Of a stretch of DNA of 37,527 bases, positions 22,006 through 33,787 are shown one piece after another; position 1 is the stretch's first letter; every line of letters begins with the position of its first letter. The notes under the pieces are model-generated. The model worked only from the letters and a program-made list of their open reading frames with translations. It was not told the origin of the DNA and made no database searches. Location: NCBI RefSeq assembly GCF_006345805.1, contig NW_021835826.1, forward strand, positions 1 to 37,527. Reading direction: 5' to 3'. The stretch comes from Octopus sinensis (Eukaryota). A program made the translations under genes and the position numbers.

Positions 22006-22280
22006 GTGGAGGCGCAATGGCCCAATGGTAAGGGCAGCGGACTTGCGGTCGTAGGATCGCGGTTTCGATTCCCAGATCGGGCGTTGTGAGTGTTTATTGA
22101 GCGAAAACGCTTAAAGTTCCACGAGGCTCCGGCAGGGGGTGATGACGATCCCTGGTGTACTCTTTCGCCACAACTTTCTCTCACTCTTTCTTCTGTTGGC
22201 CCGCTCGCTTAGCCAACAATGCGAAGCGCATTGTGACCAGCGATGTGTAGCAACATCTGATAGTCTGGTCGGTCACGGTG

Positions 22281-22285
<5 letters not shown>
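22006..22285 (+). mobile_element. SINE family B with alternative tail B2
   Basis: B head/core up to ctctcactcttt, then ctgttggcccgctcgcttagcc...tgtgaccagcgatgtgtagcaac. The same tail occurs at 33546-33640. Confidence 0.9.
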
Positions 22286-22315
<30 letters not shown>

Positions 22316-22320
<5 letters not shown>

Positions 22321-22467
22321 TATTAGAGAGTTACCACTATGTGGATATGTGGTAACTCTCTAATAATTTATGTATAAATTTGTATTTTCTCCCTAGTTTC
22401 TTGTGCTAAGACACCCGGTGTTAAATTAATGGTATTGTTAAATTAATATCAATTTTTCACCCTCACT

Positions 22468-22472
<5 letters not shown>
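22316..22472 (+). mobile_element. Short fold-back cassette: perfect 22-bp arms plus tail between (TA)n tracts
   Basis: taaattattagagagttaccac (22316-22337) and gtggtaactctctaataattta (22349-22370), 11-nt loop. Confidence 0.6.
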
Positions 22473-22521
<49 letters not shown>

Positions 22522-22949
22522 ATATATATGCATGTATGTATGACAAATACAGTGATTCTTACATGTTCGAAAAAGCCCCAAGTATATACGAAAAGATAAC
22601 AGGTTTATATTCCTCCACATAATTGCTTCGCGCTCTCACCACCATATATTACGTATATATTATAGCATACCTTTGATACTGTTTGAACTAAGATCCCCGT
22701 TGATGGGCCGTTGGTATTTATAGTGTCAAACACGCTATGCAAATTAGGGACTCCTTCATAGAGTAACTGCTGCATTTGTTGAGTATATAAACAGTTTGCC
22801 CGTTTGTTTCCCCGGAAGCTGTCAGAATGATATAGGCGCCACTGATAAGCACCCAATAAGGTTCGAAAATCGATTAAGGTTGTTCATCATTTTCTTCAGT
22901 TTGCGGAGAAATGGTTTAAATTTGCTCTGTTTATAATTATGCCATATAT

Positions 22950-22988
<39 letters not shown>

Positions 22989-23159
22989 TATATATATATA
23001 TACATACACATATATAGAGAGAGTGGTTGGACAAAATAATGGAAACACCTGGCATCATAATTTTGAAATATCTATAAAACCATCAAAAGCTTGTTTATTT
23101 TTATGTATTTTGATTTATTATTAGTGTTGCTTAATATGTTTTGCTAAAATTGTTGTTTC

Positions 23160-23583
23160 TCTTCAGATAGTATCAGAAAAAGGTAATTAAAATTCATTAA
23201 AATGACAGATCTATCGGATTTTCAAAGAGGTCGTCAAATTGTTGGTGCTCGTATGGCAGGCGCTAACGTAACAGAAACAACCAAAATGTTTGGTGTATCA
23301 AGAAGTACTGTCTCGAAAGTAATGACAGCCTTTGCGAAAGAGGGGAAAAAAACCCTCGTCGAAACAAAAATCCGGAAGAAAACCAAAACTTTCAGATAGG
23401 GACCGTCGAATTGTTAGAAAGGATCACAAAAGTACAGCTCCTAAAATTACTGCAGGGCTTAATGACCACCTCGAGAAACCACTTTCCTGAAAAACTGTTC
23501 GCTGGGAGCTGAACAACGCCAGATTTCACGGGAGGGCTGCAATAAAAAAACCCCCACCATTTTCAAAAACAAACGTTGCAAAG
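23160..23583 (+). pseudogene. Tc1 transposase N-terminal relic
   Basis: MTDLSDFQRGRQIVGARMAGANVTETTKMFGVSRSTVSKVMTAF (paired-like HTH). After a frameshift: KLSDRDRR..RKDHKSTAPKITAGLN...S*KTVRWELNNARFHGRAAIKKP. Confidence 0.88.
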
Positions 23584-23748
23584 CTTAATTTATTCGACTA
23601 AATTTTTCAAGACGGTGCTCCAGCATGGCTGGAGTTCGAAGACTAGAAACGTGTAAAAGATTAAAAAGTATGCAATTGCGTTTCCTTTAGGTATCTGCGA
23701 AGACACTTAAAGGATAGGACAAATTTTCTAGAGCCTAAAGTTATTATA

Positions 23749-24600
23749 CAGAGTGGTGCACGAAAAATTATCCCGAGTTTCGTAGCATAGTGTAAATGCA
23801 GAAATGAATTTATACACATGACATAGCACCCAGCCTTTCGTTTGAAAGTGTCATTGAGTTATTTCAACCGAAAAAAGTATCCTTGGTTTCGTAGCGTAGT
23901 GTAAATACAGAAAAACATTTTATTCACACGACAAAGCACCCAGCTTTTCGTTTGTAAATGTCAATGTGCTATTTTGACCGAAAAAGTAGCCCGGGTACCG
24001 TAACACACTGTCAATACAGAAATAAACTTTACACACACGATAAAACACTCAACCTTCCGTTTGCAAGTGTCTTTGTGTTATTTCAACCGGAAAAATTATC
24101 CCGGGTTTCGTAGGTTTCTGTAAATACAGAAATATATTTACATACTCGTACACGAAAAAGTAGCCAACCTTTCCATTGCAAGCGTCACTGCATGGTTTCG
24201 ACCTCTTGTAAATGTTGACCAACGATGCCGCCCTTGTCGAATGCTTGCTATGTTATCCTCACTACCTCCTTAATACATTAGTTCATTGAAAGGTTGCATT
24301 AAATGTGCATGCCTAACCTTTTCTGAAAGATAATGTACCCAACAGCAGAATGGCTGGGGGATCGTGGAAACGTATTTGAAAAGGGGTTCTGTTAAACAAA
24401 CACATGAATTTTTTAAAGCCAACTTTCTGGATAAAGGCTTGCCGGCAAAGGAAATGACACAAACGTTGGTTAAAAAGTGGCGCGCTATGGCGTCAGTGCA
24501 CAACACCCCAAAACAAAGAGACCCTACAGTTCGAACGCCGAAATTTATGCACGACATTTGCTAAGGGATTACTCGTAGTCCAGAGAAGGCAACATTAAAT
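23749..24600 (+). mobile_element. Tc1/mariner-superfamily relic (DUF4817-type HTH) with ~109-bp subterminal tandem repeats
   Basis: TA|CAGAGTGGTGCACGAAAA terminus; repeat units start at 23761, 23869, 23979 and 24088. ORF IVETYLKRGSVKQTHEFF...TLVKKWRAMASVHNTPKQRDPTVRTP...ITRSP matches my recollection of the DUF4817 transposase N-terminus. Confidence 0.7.
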
Positions 24601-24670
24601 TGGAGTAACAATATCTCATAAGCAGATCATCCCAACGGGTGTTGAGTAGTCTAAAGTTGAAACTATATTG

Positions 24671-25089
24671 GATATTTTCGGTTTGAACGGCAGTTTTTTC
24701 TAGCGGTGTCATATGAAATTGTTACCCATAATTATGACCCTAGTATCGATCTATTGCATTTCTATCTGTTTCAGGGTTAGGGTTAGGGTTAGGGTGGGGG
24801 GAAGGGTACCTTTTTTTCTTCAAAAATGTAAATAAACCCAATCTGTTTCTTAAACGAGGGACATATTCATACGGCACAGAATGCTTTTTACCTCAATAGA
24901 CGTAATTGATTGGTTGAAATTGCAGAAATTGAAGAAAAAAACAACAAATATCTTACAAACTATAGAATTTTCTCAATAAAGCCAAGAGAAAAAGATGTTT
25001 TATAAACACATTCTACTAGTATACAAAGTTTAAAATTTTTTAGTTACCTAGAAATTATGTTAAAAACTGCCGTTCAAACCGAAAAGATC
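24671..25089. mobile_element. MITE with 28-bp TIRs containing (GGGTTA)3GGG
   Basis: gatattttcggtttgaacggcagttttt (24671-24698) and aaaaactgccgttcaaaccgaaaagatc (25062-25089). Telomere-type repeat at 24774-24794. Confidence 0.8.
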
Positions 25090-25249
25090 TGCTATATTAT
25101 TTCAGATTAAGGCGGTGAGCCTTCATCTGAAATAATATAGCTTCAAATATAAATTAAGTAGCAGTTGCGTACTGGGGTCGATCTAACCGAGTGGACCCCT
25201 CCCCCAAAATTTCGGGCCTAGAGTAGAAAAGTATATTATTTCAGAGTTG

Positions 25250-25430
25250 CAAGACGGTGAGGTGGCAGAACCGTTAGCGCGTCGGGCAAAATGCATAGCG
25301 ACATTCCGTCCTTCTCTATGTTATGAGTTCAAATTCCACCGAGGCTGAATTTGCCTTTCATCCTTTCGGGGTCTGTAAAAGAAGTACCGGTTGAGTACTG
25401 GAGACGATGTAATCGAGTGGTCTTCAAATA
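25250..25430 (+). mobile_element. Old diverged family A-related SINE
   Basis: gacggtgaggtggcagaaccgttagc...gagttcaaattccaccgagg...gcctttcatcctttcggggtc. Confidence 0.8.
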
Positions 25431-25747
25431 GAAAAGATTATTTCACATGCGTACATCCATTACAAAATGGACGACAAGAGCAAACGAGTAAATTACTGCA
25501 CACGACTTCTGAATAGCAGTCACAATCGGTCGAAATAACACGAAGACACTTGCAAACTAATGGCTGGCTGTTTTTGTTTTTTGTTTTTTTTGTTTTTTTT
25601 CGTATGTATAAATTTATTTCTGTTCTTACGCTTTGCTACGGAAGCGAGGCTGCTTCATCACGCGCTATCCCATGTTTCTAAAAAATTTTCGGTACACCTG
25701 ACTTCTCACTGCAGCGCACTATTTGAGAACAACAGGCATGGAAGAAC

Positions 25748-25836
25748 ATATATATATATATATATTATATATATATAAGATGTATATATAGATATATTAT
25801 ATATATAATAATTATATATTATATTTATAATATATT

Positions 25837-25868
<32 letters not shown>

Positions 25869-25948
25869 ATATATTATTATATATATAACTATATATATAT
25901 ATATCTACATATATATATTATATTTATATATATATATATATATATATA

Positions 25949-25994
<46 letters not shown>

Positions 25995-26194
25995 TCTATA
26001 TATATATTTATATTTATATAATATATTTATTATATATATATATATATATAATGTTTATCTTATTTATATATTTATGTGTATAATATATATATATTTTCTA
26101 TATATATACTATATATACATATTATATATATCTATATGTATATGTATATATATTATATACATAATATATGTATGTATATATTATATATGTATAC

Positions 26195-26256
<62 letters not shown>

Positions 26257-26260
26257 ATGA
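25748..26260. repeat. Long imperfect (TA)n field
   Basis: Directly visible. Confidence 0.95.
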
Positions 26261-26619
26261 TTGGTATATGATAACAACAATAGACTTACAGCTATACCGA
26301 GAACGTCAAACTGGTTTTCATAAGCTAAAGAAATAAACTAAACAATAGTTTTCTTCTTTTTCTTTTTCCTTCTCTTCGTACGAGAATCAAATTGCCCTGA
26401 AGTTAGAACATACTCAAGGAAGACAATATGGAAGAGAGAGATACATAGTAAGGCGGCGGCGGCGGCGGCGGCGATGGTGGCCGTAGCGGCGCTTCCGGAG
26501 ACGGGAAGACGAAACAATAGATATACATCACCGTAATTGAAGCAGCATGTTCAGATCAGATGAGTGAGATAGGCTGCGAAATATGTAGCCCTACCCCCCA
26601 CCTCCTACTCACTCTCCTC

Positions 26620-27140
26620 CTCCTCTTTCTACTACTACTACTACTACTACTACTGCTACTACTACTACTACTACGACTACTACTACTACTACAACTGGTG
26701 ATTGTGATCTTCGTCGTGGTCGTGGTAGCAGTAATAAAGGTGGTGGTGGTTGTAGTAGTAGTAGTTGTGGTGATGGTGGTGGTGGTGGTGGTGGTGGTGA
26801 TGGTGGTAGAAGTTGTAGCTGTAGAAATTGCAGTGGTGGTTGTGGTGGTAGTAGTAGTAGTGGTAGTAGTAGTAGTAGTAGTAGTGGTAGTAGTAGTAGT
26901 AGTAGTGGTAGTAGTAGTAGTAGTAGTGTTGGTGGTGTTGGTGGTTGTTGTGGTGGTGGTGGTTGTAGTAGTGATCGTGTTAGTAAAGGTGTTGGCTGTT
27001 ATGCTGGTAGTGGTTTATGTAGTAGTAGTAGTAGTACCAACAGCAGCAGCAGTACCAGCAGCAGCGGTTGTGGTGGTGGTGGTGGTGGTGGTAGTGGTGG
27101 TAGTGGAGGCGGCGGTGGAGGCGGTGGCGGTGCCGGTGCA
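26620..27140. repeat. (CTA)n followed by (GTA)n/(GGT)n/(GCA)n triplet field
   Basis: Directly visible; source of the poly-L/poly-V pseudo-ORF. Confidence 0.93.
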
Positions 27141-27649
27141 GTGAGTGAGTAGGAGTGGGAAATTACTCTAGAAATCTTATCGATTAATTTGCGTTTCTGG
27201 AAGGCCGAAGGCAAGGCAAGGCAAGGCAACGGCAGGCGTTGAAGCAATCTCCTCAGAAGTGCGTAATGTACCCGAATTTGCTGATTTAATAAGAAACTAC
27301 ATCACAAAAGACAAAAAGAATTGATCGAAAGTGGAGACGGCAGGAAGAAACTCGAGGACGATATCTGATTAATTTTGACGACTATGCTCCAGCATGGCCT
27401 TTAGTCGAGACGACTAAAAGAAACCGGAATAACTGGCGAAAGAAGCAAAGAAGCCATTGCTGATAAAACAAGAATCGTCTTTTAGTTGTTTCAGTCATTA
27501 AATGGCGGTCATGCTGGAGCACGGCCTTGACGGGGTTAGTTGAATAAATTGACTTCTTTTATTTAAAGTTTGCTATTTTTTGTTTGTTTGTCATTCTCTT
27601 TTACCGAGCTGGGAAGCTCCGGAAAAGTAAACACACCAACACCGGTTGA

Positions 27650-28267
27650 AGGGGTTCATCATTACAATCTCTCGAGCTTGCTGAATCCTCTCATCAGTTG
27701 ACGGGCGTCCTGCCCCCTCTTCGTGCATCACGCTTGTCCTGCCACTTTTAAAATTCTCTATCCACTCATACACACTTCTACATCGTAGTGCACTGTTCTC
27801 ATATTGTGCTAAATGCCTGACACAAAAAGCAAAAATAAAAGTTAAATAAAAATATATAAGAATAAAATATAAGTGAAAGAAAAATCTAAAAAATACATTG
27901 AAGATTTTAAAAAATAGAAAAAACGTGACAAAATGTGAAAAAAATACCCAGAAACCAAAAGTGTTCTAAGGATCGATATCATATCAATTGCTTTGACGGT
28001 TCGACCATCCATGTCTTACCTGAGCTGTCGATAAATGTTGATTTTTTGATTTTTGGTGAAATCACTGCTCTTTCTTCTTCTTTGGTAAACATTGCTAGTA
28101 GAGCGGCCATGCTTACACTGCAAAGCGACAAATTAAAGCGCGGTCAGAATCAAGCTTCGAGCACGTCACCACAATAGTACCAACTATAAGCATGTATGCG
28201 CAGAAAGCAGTGGAACAATAGTAGATGTAGTATGGCGAAAGTGCGCATAGTTTTTGACTTCACCTCG
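27650..28267 (-). mobile_element. 5' part of a mariner (TIR plus transposase N-terminus) split by a ~230-bp AT-rich insertion
   Basis: Minus strand TA|CGAGGTGAAGTCAAAAACTATG terminus and MAALLAMFTKEEERAVI (28110-28060). It resumes as LAQYENSALRCRSVYEWIENFKSGRTSVMHEEGAGRPST (HTH_48-like). Confidence 0.85.
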
Positions 28268-28271
28268 TATT

Positions 28272-28500
28272 ATTGTTTATTCCTTCTCGAGCCATGCCTG
28301 ACTCACAAGGGCCGGTTTTCCGGTTTCCGGGATGCCGGTCCGTCGCAGGTGAGCTGCAAGATGCAGGAGGAAAGAGTGAGAGAAAGTTGTGGCGAAAGAG
28401 TCAGCAGAAGTTCGCCATTACCATCTGCCGTCTGAGATTCGAACCCGCGATGCCCCGACCGCGAAACCGCTGCTCTAACCACTAGGCCATGTGCCTCCAC
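28272..28500 (-). mobile_element. SINE family B with third tail type B3
   Basis: B-type head and core (gactctttcgccacaactttctctcactcttt), then cctcctgcatcttgcagctcacc... Confidence 0.8.
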
Positions 28501-28814
28501 ACCTCGCATTATGTGTTTATACGTTTAATATATACATACGTTTTGTGTGTATATTAATGTTTATCCCTGTGTCATATGTATAGTAATATGAGTATGAAGA
28601 TGCAACCATTTGGGTGAGGTTGTGTTTATTTTTAACTTTTGAATTATTTTTATAAGTAAAATGCTTATCTCTAGCTAGGTGTGGTGTCTTCAAAACAGTT
28701 TATTGAAAGACAATTCAGCTGAAGGCTATTTGATCTTTTAAATTTATTTGAAAATAACTGTTGCTCAAAATTATCCATTGATTTAATCTTTAAATCTCCA
28801 GCTGTCTGTTCCCA

Positions 28815-29561
28815 AGGAGTGGCTGTGTGGTAAGTAGCTTGCTTACCAACCACATGGTTCCGAGTTCAGTCCCACTGCGTGGCACCTTCGGCAAGTGTCT
28901 TCTACTATAGCCTCGGGCCGACCAAAGCCTTGTCAGTGAATTTGGTTGAAGGAAACAGAAAGAAACCTGTGGTATATATGTATATATATATATATATACT
29001 TTATAATTAGGGTTCAGCAAAGATTTGCTTTACCACATACCGAAGTTTAGAAATAGCAGTCAAAAAACCTTAGCTATTTCTTCTACTTTTTAAAGACCTT
29101 AGCTATTTCTTCTACTTTTTAAAGATCTTAGCTATTTCTTCTACTTTAAAAAGTAGAAGATACAGCTAAGGTTTTTTGACTGCTATTTCTAAACTTCGGT
29201 ATGTGGTAAAGCAAATCTTTGCTGAACCCTAATTATAAAGTATTACTTAAGTTTACCGTGAAATGGTCTTTTTTCATGCCGAATTCTACTTGGTGAAATT
29301 ATTAATTAATTAATTTTACCCTTTGTTACTGTATATATATATATATATGTATGTGTGTGTATATGTTTGTGTGTCTGTGTTTGTCCCCCCAACATCGCTT
29401 GACAACCGTGTGTTTACGTCCCGTAACTTAGCGGTTCGGCAAAAAGGACCGATAGAATAAGTACTAGACTTCCAAAGAATAAGTCCAGTTGTCGATTTGC
29501 TCGAGTAAAGGCGGTGCTCCAGCATGGCCACAGTCAAATGACTGAAACTAGTAAAAGAGTA
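28815..29561 (+). mobile_element. SINE family C split in its internal (TA)n by the 28997-29328 element
   Basis: 5' part 28815-28975; 3' part resumes at ~29330 with gtgtgtctgtgtttgtcccccc...gactgaaactagtaaaagagt. Confidence 0.88.
28997..29328 (+). mobile_element. Unclassified hairpin-plus-tail element, copy 1
   Basis: Palindrome 28997-29242 (outer 79 bp of the arms identical) with a 29-bp unit repeated ~2.7 times at the centre. Unique tail 29243-29328 is homologous to 36787-36888. Confidence 0.8.
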
Positions 29562-30338
29562 CCACACTACTCTAAAGGCTCCGAAAATTCGCAGTCTTAG
29601 AGACATTGGGATAACAGACAATCCAGTACTTGGCTTGTATTGTACTTCATCGATCACGGATAGATGAAAGTCAAAGTTGACTTCGGCAGTATTTGAACAG
29701 CGAATCTGAAGAAACAGAACGAGATGTTGGAAGGTGTCTTTCTACCCCCGCCGTTCTAACAACTTTGCCAAACAAGAAGCGCCTCAGCGCAGTTCATTAA
29801 ACATTCCGAATAAACAGGATTTAGCGTAAAAGTCACTCAATTTAGCGAGATTCGCCCGAAGAAGATTGATCTCCCTTGTCGTTAAACAATAATTAGAAAA
29901 TGCTACAAACCGAAGAAACCCATTGGGACATGTAATCATCTAAATGATTTCACGAACCCCACTGGGACATGTAACCGCCTCGGCAATTTCACTTAATACA
30001 GTAATATCATGTCGGCCGAAGTGTTGCAACGTTTTAATGTAATCTTAGTTCTATAGAAACGGTAAACCACTAAAGACAACAGATGACCGAAAACTGAGAT
30101 AATTGATATAAGAAATAAATTTATTGAAGATGTATTCTAGTAATGGTTCTTTTCAAATTTCTGCCATTCTTTACAATAAATACTACAAGAATATTGAAGC
30201 TTTCGTGAACGGCTTATTTTGTGAAGGCATCATAAATCGCATTTAATAGCTTTGTTTCAAATACATTGTTTTTAGGTGATTAATGCTTTATTTGCGCTGT
30301 ATTGTATAACCGTATAAGTATATAACCTTGTACGTACA

Positions 30339-30344
<6 letters not shown>

Positions 30345-30395
<51 letters not shown>
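30345..30395. repeat. (CA)n microsatellite
   Basis: Directly visible. Confidence 0.95.
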
Positions 30396-30398
<3 letters not shown>

Positions 30399-30723
30399 TA
30401 AGGCCTGTTGTTATTCATTTACAACTTAGAATCCTTCAGGGGAAGATAAAATAACTACCAGCCGTCTGGATTTAGTAGTCTGTTTCTTTTACCTCCGACG
30501 TATGATCTTGTGTGTGTATGTGCTCATAGTACACACACGCACACACACACACACATAAATATATATATGTATACGTATACATCTATATATATAAATATAT
30601 ATATATATTTGTGCGTATGTATTCTTGTATATACACACATATATATAAGTTAGTGGTACGTGTGCGTACACACACACACACATATACACGTGCATACAAA
30701 TATAGACAGACAGACAAACAGAC

Positions 30724-30793
<70 letters not shown>

Positions 30794-31042
30794 AGGGATA
30801 ATGTAATCCAGTCTTCAATAATATCTGTAAATACCATATCTTACTTAAATATGTTGAAAATAGTAATAAAATGAGGTTAAAAGTATACAGCCTTGTTTAC
30901 TTTAGCCTAAATATTTATGTTTATATGTTCTAATAGAGGTGGCATTCAATAATCTTGAAAACAAAAATTTCTGGTTACAGTATATGGGTATAGTGAACAG
31001 TGGAGATAATTACTATATGTGACATATATATAGCACGATGTT

Positions 31043-31377
31043 GTGAAGGCGCATGGCTCAGTGGTTAGAGTGTCGAGCTCACGATCTTGAGGTTGTGAGT
31101 TCGATTCCCGGACCGGGCAGCGTGTTGTGTTTTTGAGCAAGACATTTTATTTCACGTTGCTCCAGTTCACTCAGCTGTAGAAATGAGTTGCAACGTCACT
31201 GGTGCCAAGCTGTATCGGCCCCTTTGCTTTTCCTTGGATAACATCAGTGGTGTGGAGAAGGGAGGCTGGTATGCATGGGTGACTGCTGGTCTTCCATAAA
31301 CAACCTTTCCCGGACTTGTGGCTCGGAGGGCAACTTTCTGGGTGCAATCCCATGGTCATTCATGACCGAGGGGTCTC
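31043..31377 (+). mobile_element. SINE family D, full length, with imperfect TSD
   Basis: A-box tggctcagtgg and B-box gttcgattcc. TSD-like agcacgat(g/a)tt at 31032 and 31384. Confidence 0.93.
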
Positions 31378-31937
31378 CCACACAGCACGATATTTTAAAA
31401 TATAGACAAACCCAAACACTCACATTATATGTGTGCCCGTGCGTGTGTGTTCGTGTGTATGTTTGTATTGTTGGAGACAGTGAGCTAATGTACAGTACAT
31501 ACACTTGATCACTATAAGCCAATCATTTGTGCAGGTCGTTTAGCTGTATGAGCTGAACACTCACGCGTCATCGACGTTGTCTGAATAGGTGCAAGGTGCA
31601 CCACTCGTCAGGTATCGAAGTGATTACAGAGCAAAGTGAGATCAAATATTTTGCTCAAGAACACAATGCACCACCCGGTCTGCGAACTGAAACCGCAATC
31701 TCGCGATCGTGAGTGCAACGCCCAAGCCATTAAGTCAAGCGCCCGATGGTCACGTGTGAGCAATGAGAGAGAGAGAAAAAAAGAAAAAAGAGGAGAGAGA
31801 GAGAGAGACAGATATAAACGGTGAAAGACGGAGGGAAAGAAAGAGCGAATTAGAGAAGGATGTAGGAAGAGAACAGCATAGGATAGAGTCACATCAAAAA
31901 GGTGATGATAAACTTGGAAATGGATTCGTGGCGTTCA

Positions 31938-31975
<38 letters not shown>

Positions 31976-32107
31976 ATTCGTAGGTTATTAGTATGTGCAT
32001 GTGTATCTATAATGTGTCCATTTATGCATATACTTGTATATTTTACGGATTAGACATTTTAGCAAAAGAACAACACTTTCGCTAATTCCTACGTAGATTC
32101 TGTTTTA

Positions 32108-32494
32108 GTGGAGGCGCAATGGCCCAGTGGTTAGGGCAGCGGACTCGCGGTCATACGATCGCGGTTTCGATTCCCAGACCGGGCGTTGTGAGTGTTTATT
32201 GAGCGAAAACACCTAAAAGCTCCACGAGGCTCCGGCAGGGGATGGTGGTGAACCCTGCTGTACTCTTTCACCACAACTTTCTCTCACTCTTACTTCCTGT
32301 TTCTGTTGTACCTGTATTTCAAAGGGCCGGCCTTGTCACTCTCTGTGTCACGCTGAATATCCCCAAGAACTACAATAAGGGTGCACGTGTCTGTGGAGTG
32401 CTCAGCCACTTACACGTTAATTTCACGAGCAGGCTGTTCCGTTGATTCGGATCAACCGGAATCCTCGTCGTCGTAACCGACGGAGTGCTTCCAC
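32108..32494 (+). mobile_element. SINE family B (tail B1), full length, TSD agattctgttt
   Basis: TSD at 32095-32105 and 32499-32509; A-box tggcccagtgg and B-box gtttcgattcc. Confidence 0.93.
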
Positions 32495-33217
32495 ACCCAG
32501 ATTCTGTTTCAGATGGGCTACGTATGAATAAGCGAAATCTGAGAGACTTTGCTAAAACTTTAAATCTCCAGTTGTATTGAACGCTGAAAGCACTTAAAGC
32601 GGATTAAATCCGCACAAAATTTTATTACTGTTGATTGCAAAGAGCAGTTTCACACCAGGTCTTTGAGAGCACCCCTTCTTATGCTGCGAGGAGCGATGAT
32701 ACGCCGAGCGACACTTTTTACAAAAGTCAAAATTTCAAATTTGATAATATCCTCACATATTTCATCATTTAATTTAATAATTTTCTCATATTTCATAATT
32801 TAATTTAATAATTTTCTCACATAATTAATAATTTTCTCACATATTTCATCAGATATTTCCTGTAGAGCAGGAATCCAAAGAGTTTAGTGGTAAATATGAA
32901 AAGCGTACCTACAGGAGATGTTGAAAAAAAGTTTTTCAGAAGTAGAAAATCACAATTCTTAATACTGGTGAATAATTAACACGATTATTGGAATGACATG
33001 AATTTTAATTCCGCAGTCTAACGGTTAACTTGTTCAAAGATTACTTTGCTTTTCTACACTCTTTCATCTTTCCTTCAATTACTTATGTATACACACATAC
33101 ACGCTGCCGGCGCACGCACACACAACACACATACACACACACATAAACACGCATAGACCGACAGACACATTTGTGTGTTTATATAGATATATATACGACA
33201 CCTGTTGTTATGTCCTG

Positions 33218-33505
33218 TTATTTGTAGTTGTATTTGTGTAACATTTCTCTGTTTTTTCCGTCCTTGCTTTCTTTCAAGGAATGAAATGCTCTTAGCTTAT
33301 TTTTTCCTTGGGGCTTGCCAGACTGGAGCAATCTCGAGTATAACAAGCCGAAATTGCAAAGATAATCTGGAACTCGACTGAGGATAGAAAACTCTGAATG
33401 ACCCGTCCTTGTTTTCCTCGTATCGTCTGTCTGGATATTTTGTTGTCCCTTTTTTGTTTCACCTAACTGTGTGGATGTATTGTGTTCTTGTCCCATTTTT
33501 GTATT
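33218..33505 (+). mobile_element. PLE-like 3' end ending in (TA)n
   Basis: Pyrimidine-rich tail homologous to 9181-9280. No intact HHR core found. Confidence 0.55.
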
Positions 33506-33545
33506 ATATATATATATATATGTATATGTATAAATATATATTATA

Positions 33546-33787
33546 TGCTACACATCGCTGGTCACAATGCGCTTCACATTGTTTTAACCTTCAAATGACG
33601 CCACCCCACTGGCTAAGCGAGCAGGCAGACAGAAGTAAGAGTGAGAGAAAGCTGTGGCGAAAGAGTACCTCCTGTCGGTGCCTCGTGGAGTTTTAGGTGA
33701 TTTCGCTCAATAAACACTCACAACGCCCGGTCTGAGTATCGAAACCGCGAGTCCTCTGCCCTGACCACTGGGCCATTGCGCCTCCAC
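33546..33787 (-). mobile_element. SINE family B with tail B2
   Basis: Reverse complement of the 22006-type element. Confidence 0.88.

Noticed and set aside
22559-22860. Tc1/mariner end (TA|CATGTTCGAAAAAGCCCC) with transposase remnant
   Set aside because: No partner TIR was found and the translation lacks diagnostic motifs.
28011-28120. Minus-strand exon with cag|gtaaga donor at 28020
   Set aside because: The upstream coding-like sequence is the mariner transposase start, not a host exon.
32108-32185. SINE heads as genuine tRNA genes (also 31043, 16367, 6144)
   Set aside because: They have A and B boxes but continue into SINE bodies with tails and TSDs, and I could not fold a complete cloverleaf.
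33310-33370. HHR in ggcttg...caagcc-GAAA-ttgcaa
   Set aside because: A stem II-like helix and palindrome are present, but the CUGANGA core and U16.1 are absent.
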